From NCBI GenBank assembly GCA_029856125.1, contig JAHQWJ010000030.1, positions 1 through 48,449 of the forward strand: a stretch of DNA of 48,449 nucleotides, written 5' to 3'. The stretch's first letter is position 1, and every line of letters starts with the position of its first letter. Source of the DNA: Promethearchaeia archaeon (GTDB lineage: Archaea > Asgardarchaeota > Lokiarchaeia > Sigyniarchaeales > SOKP01). Below are positions 48,449 to 48,449 of this stretch, piece by piece. The notes under the pieces are model-generated. The model was given only the letters and a program-made list of their open reading frames with translations. It searched no databases and was not told the DNA's origin. The position numbers and the translations under genes were made by a program.

Positions 48449-48449
48449 G

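Noticed and set aside
1-48449. CRISPR arrays, tRNA/rRNA genes, IS elements, integrases
   Set aside because: No regularly spaced repeats, no GC-rich structured RNA blocks, and no transposase or recombinase motifs seen; intergenic gaps are short and AT-rich

Overview
AT-rich archaeal chromosome segment, most likely from an Asgard (Lokiarchaeia-like) archaeon. This is an inference from an Arf-like small GTPase, a longin-type domain, LRR proteins, PAC2, NreA, DUF2070 and archaeal-type MoaA. It is densely coding, with about 45 CDS and no rRNA, tRNA, CRISPR array or transposase that I can recognise. Recognisable blocks: (i) an MFS transporter with a large C-terminal helical extension; (ii) flavin/acyl-CoA metabolism genes (FadH-like, nitronate monooxygenase/FabK-like, FixC/FixX-like, AidB-like ACAD, two tandem MDRs); (iii) a small GTPase coupled to a longin/uDENN-winged-helix fusion; (iv) a MoxR AAA+/vWA pair; (v) the pterin-cofactor cluster moaC-moaA-moaD-moaE-moeA-moaB-moeA next to tupABC; (vi) two tandem proteins with C-terminal winged helices at the right edge. 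Best candidates for new biology: first, the GTPase plus longin-wHTH operon with an upstream palindrome, a possible GTPase-controlled transcription switch. Second, the AAA/vWA junction, where the vWA frame is open for about 120 codons with no ATG/GTG/TTG and overlaps the AAA stop in the -1 frame at a G_GAT_TTT slippery site followed by a hairpin. That fits either a programmed -1 frameshift or an ATA start. All family calls come from motifs read by eye, not from database searches.
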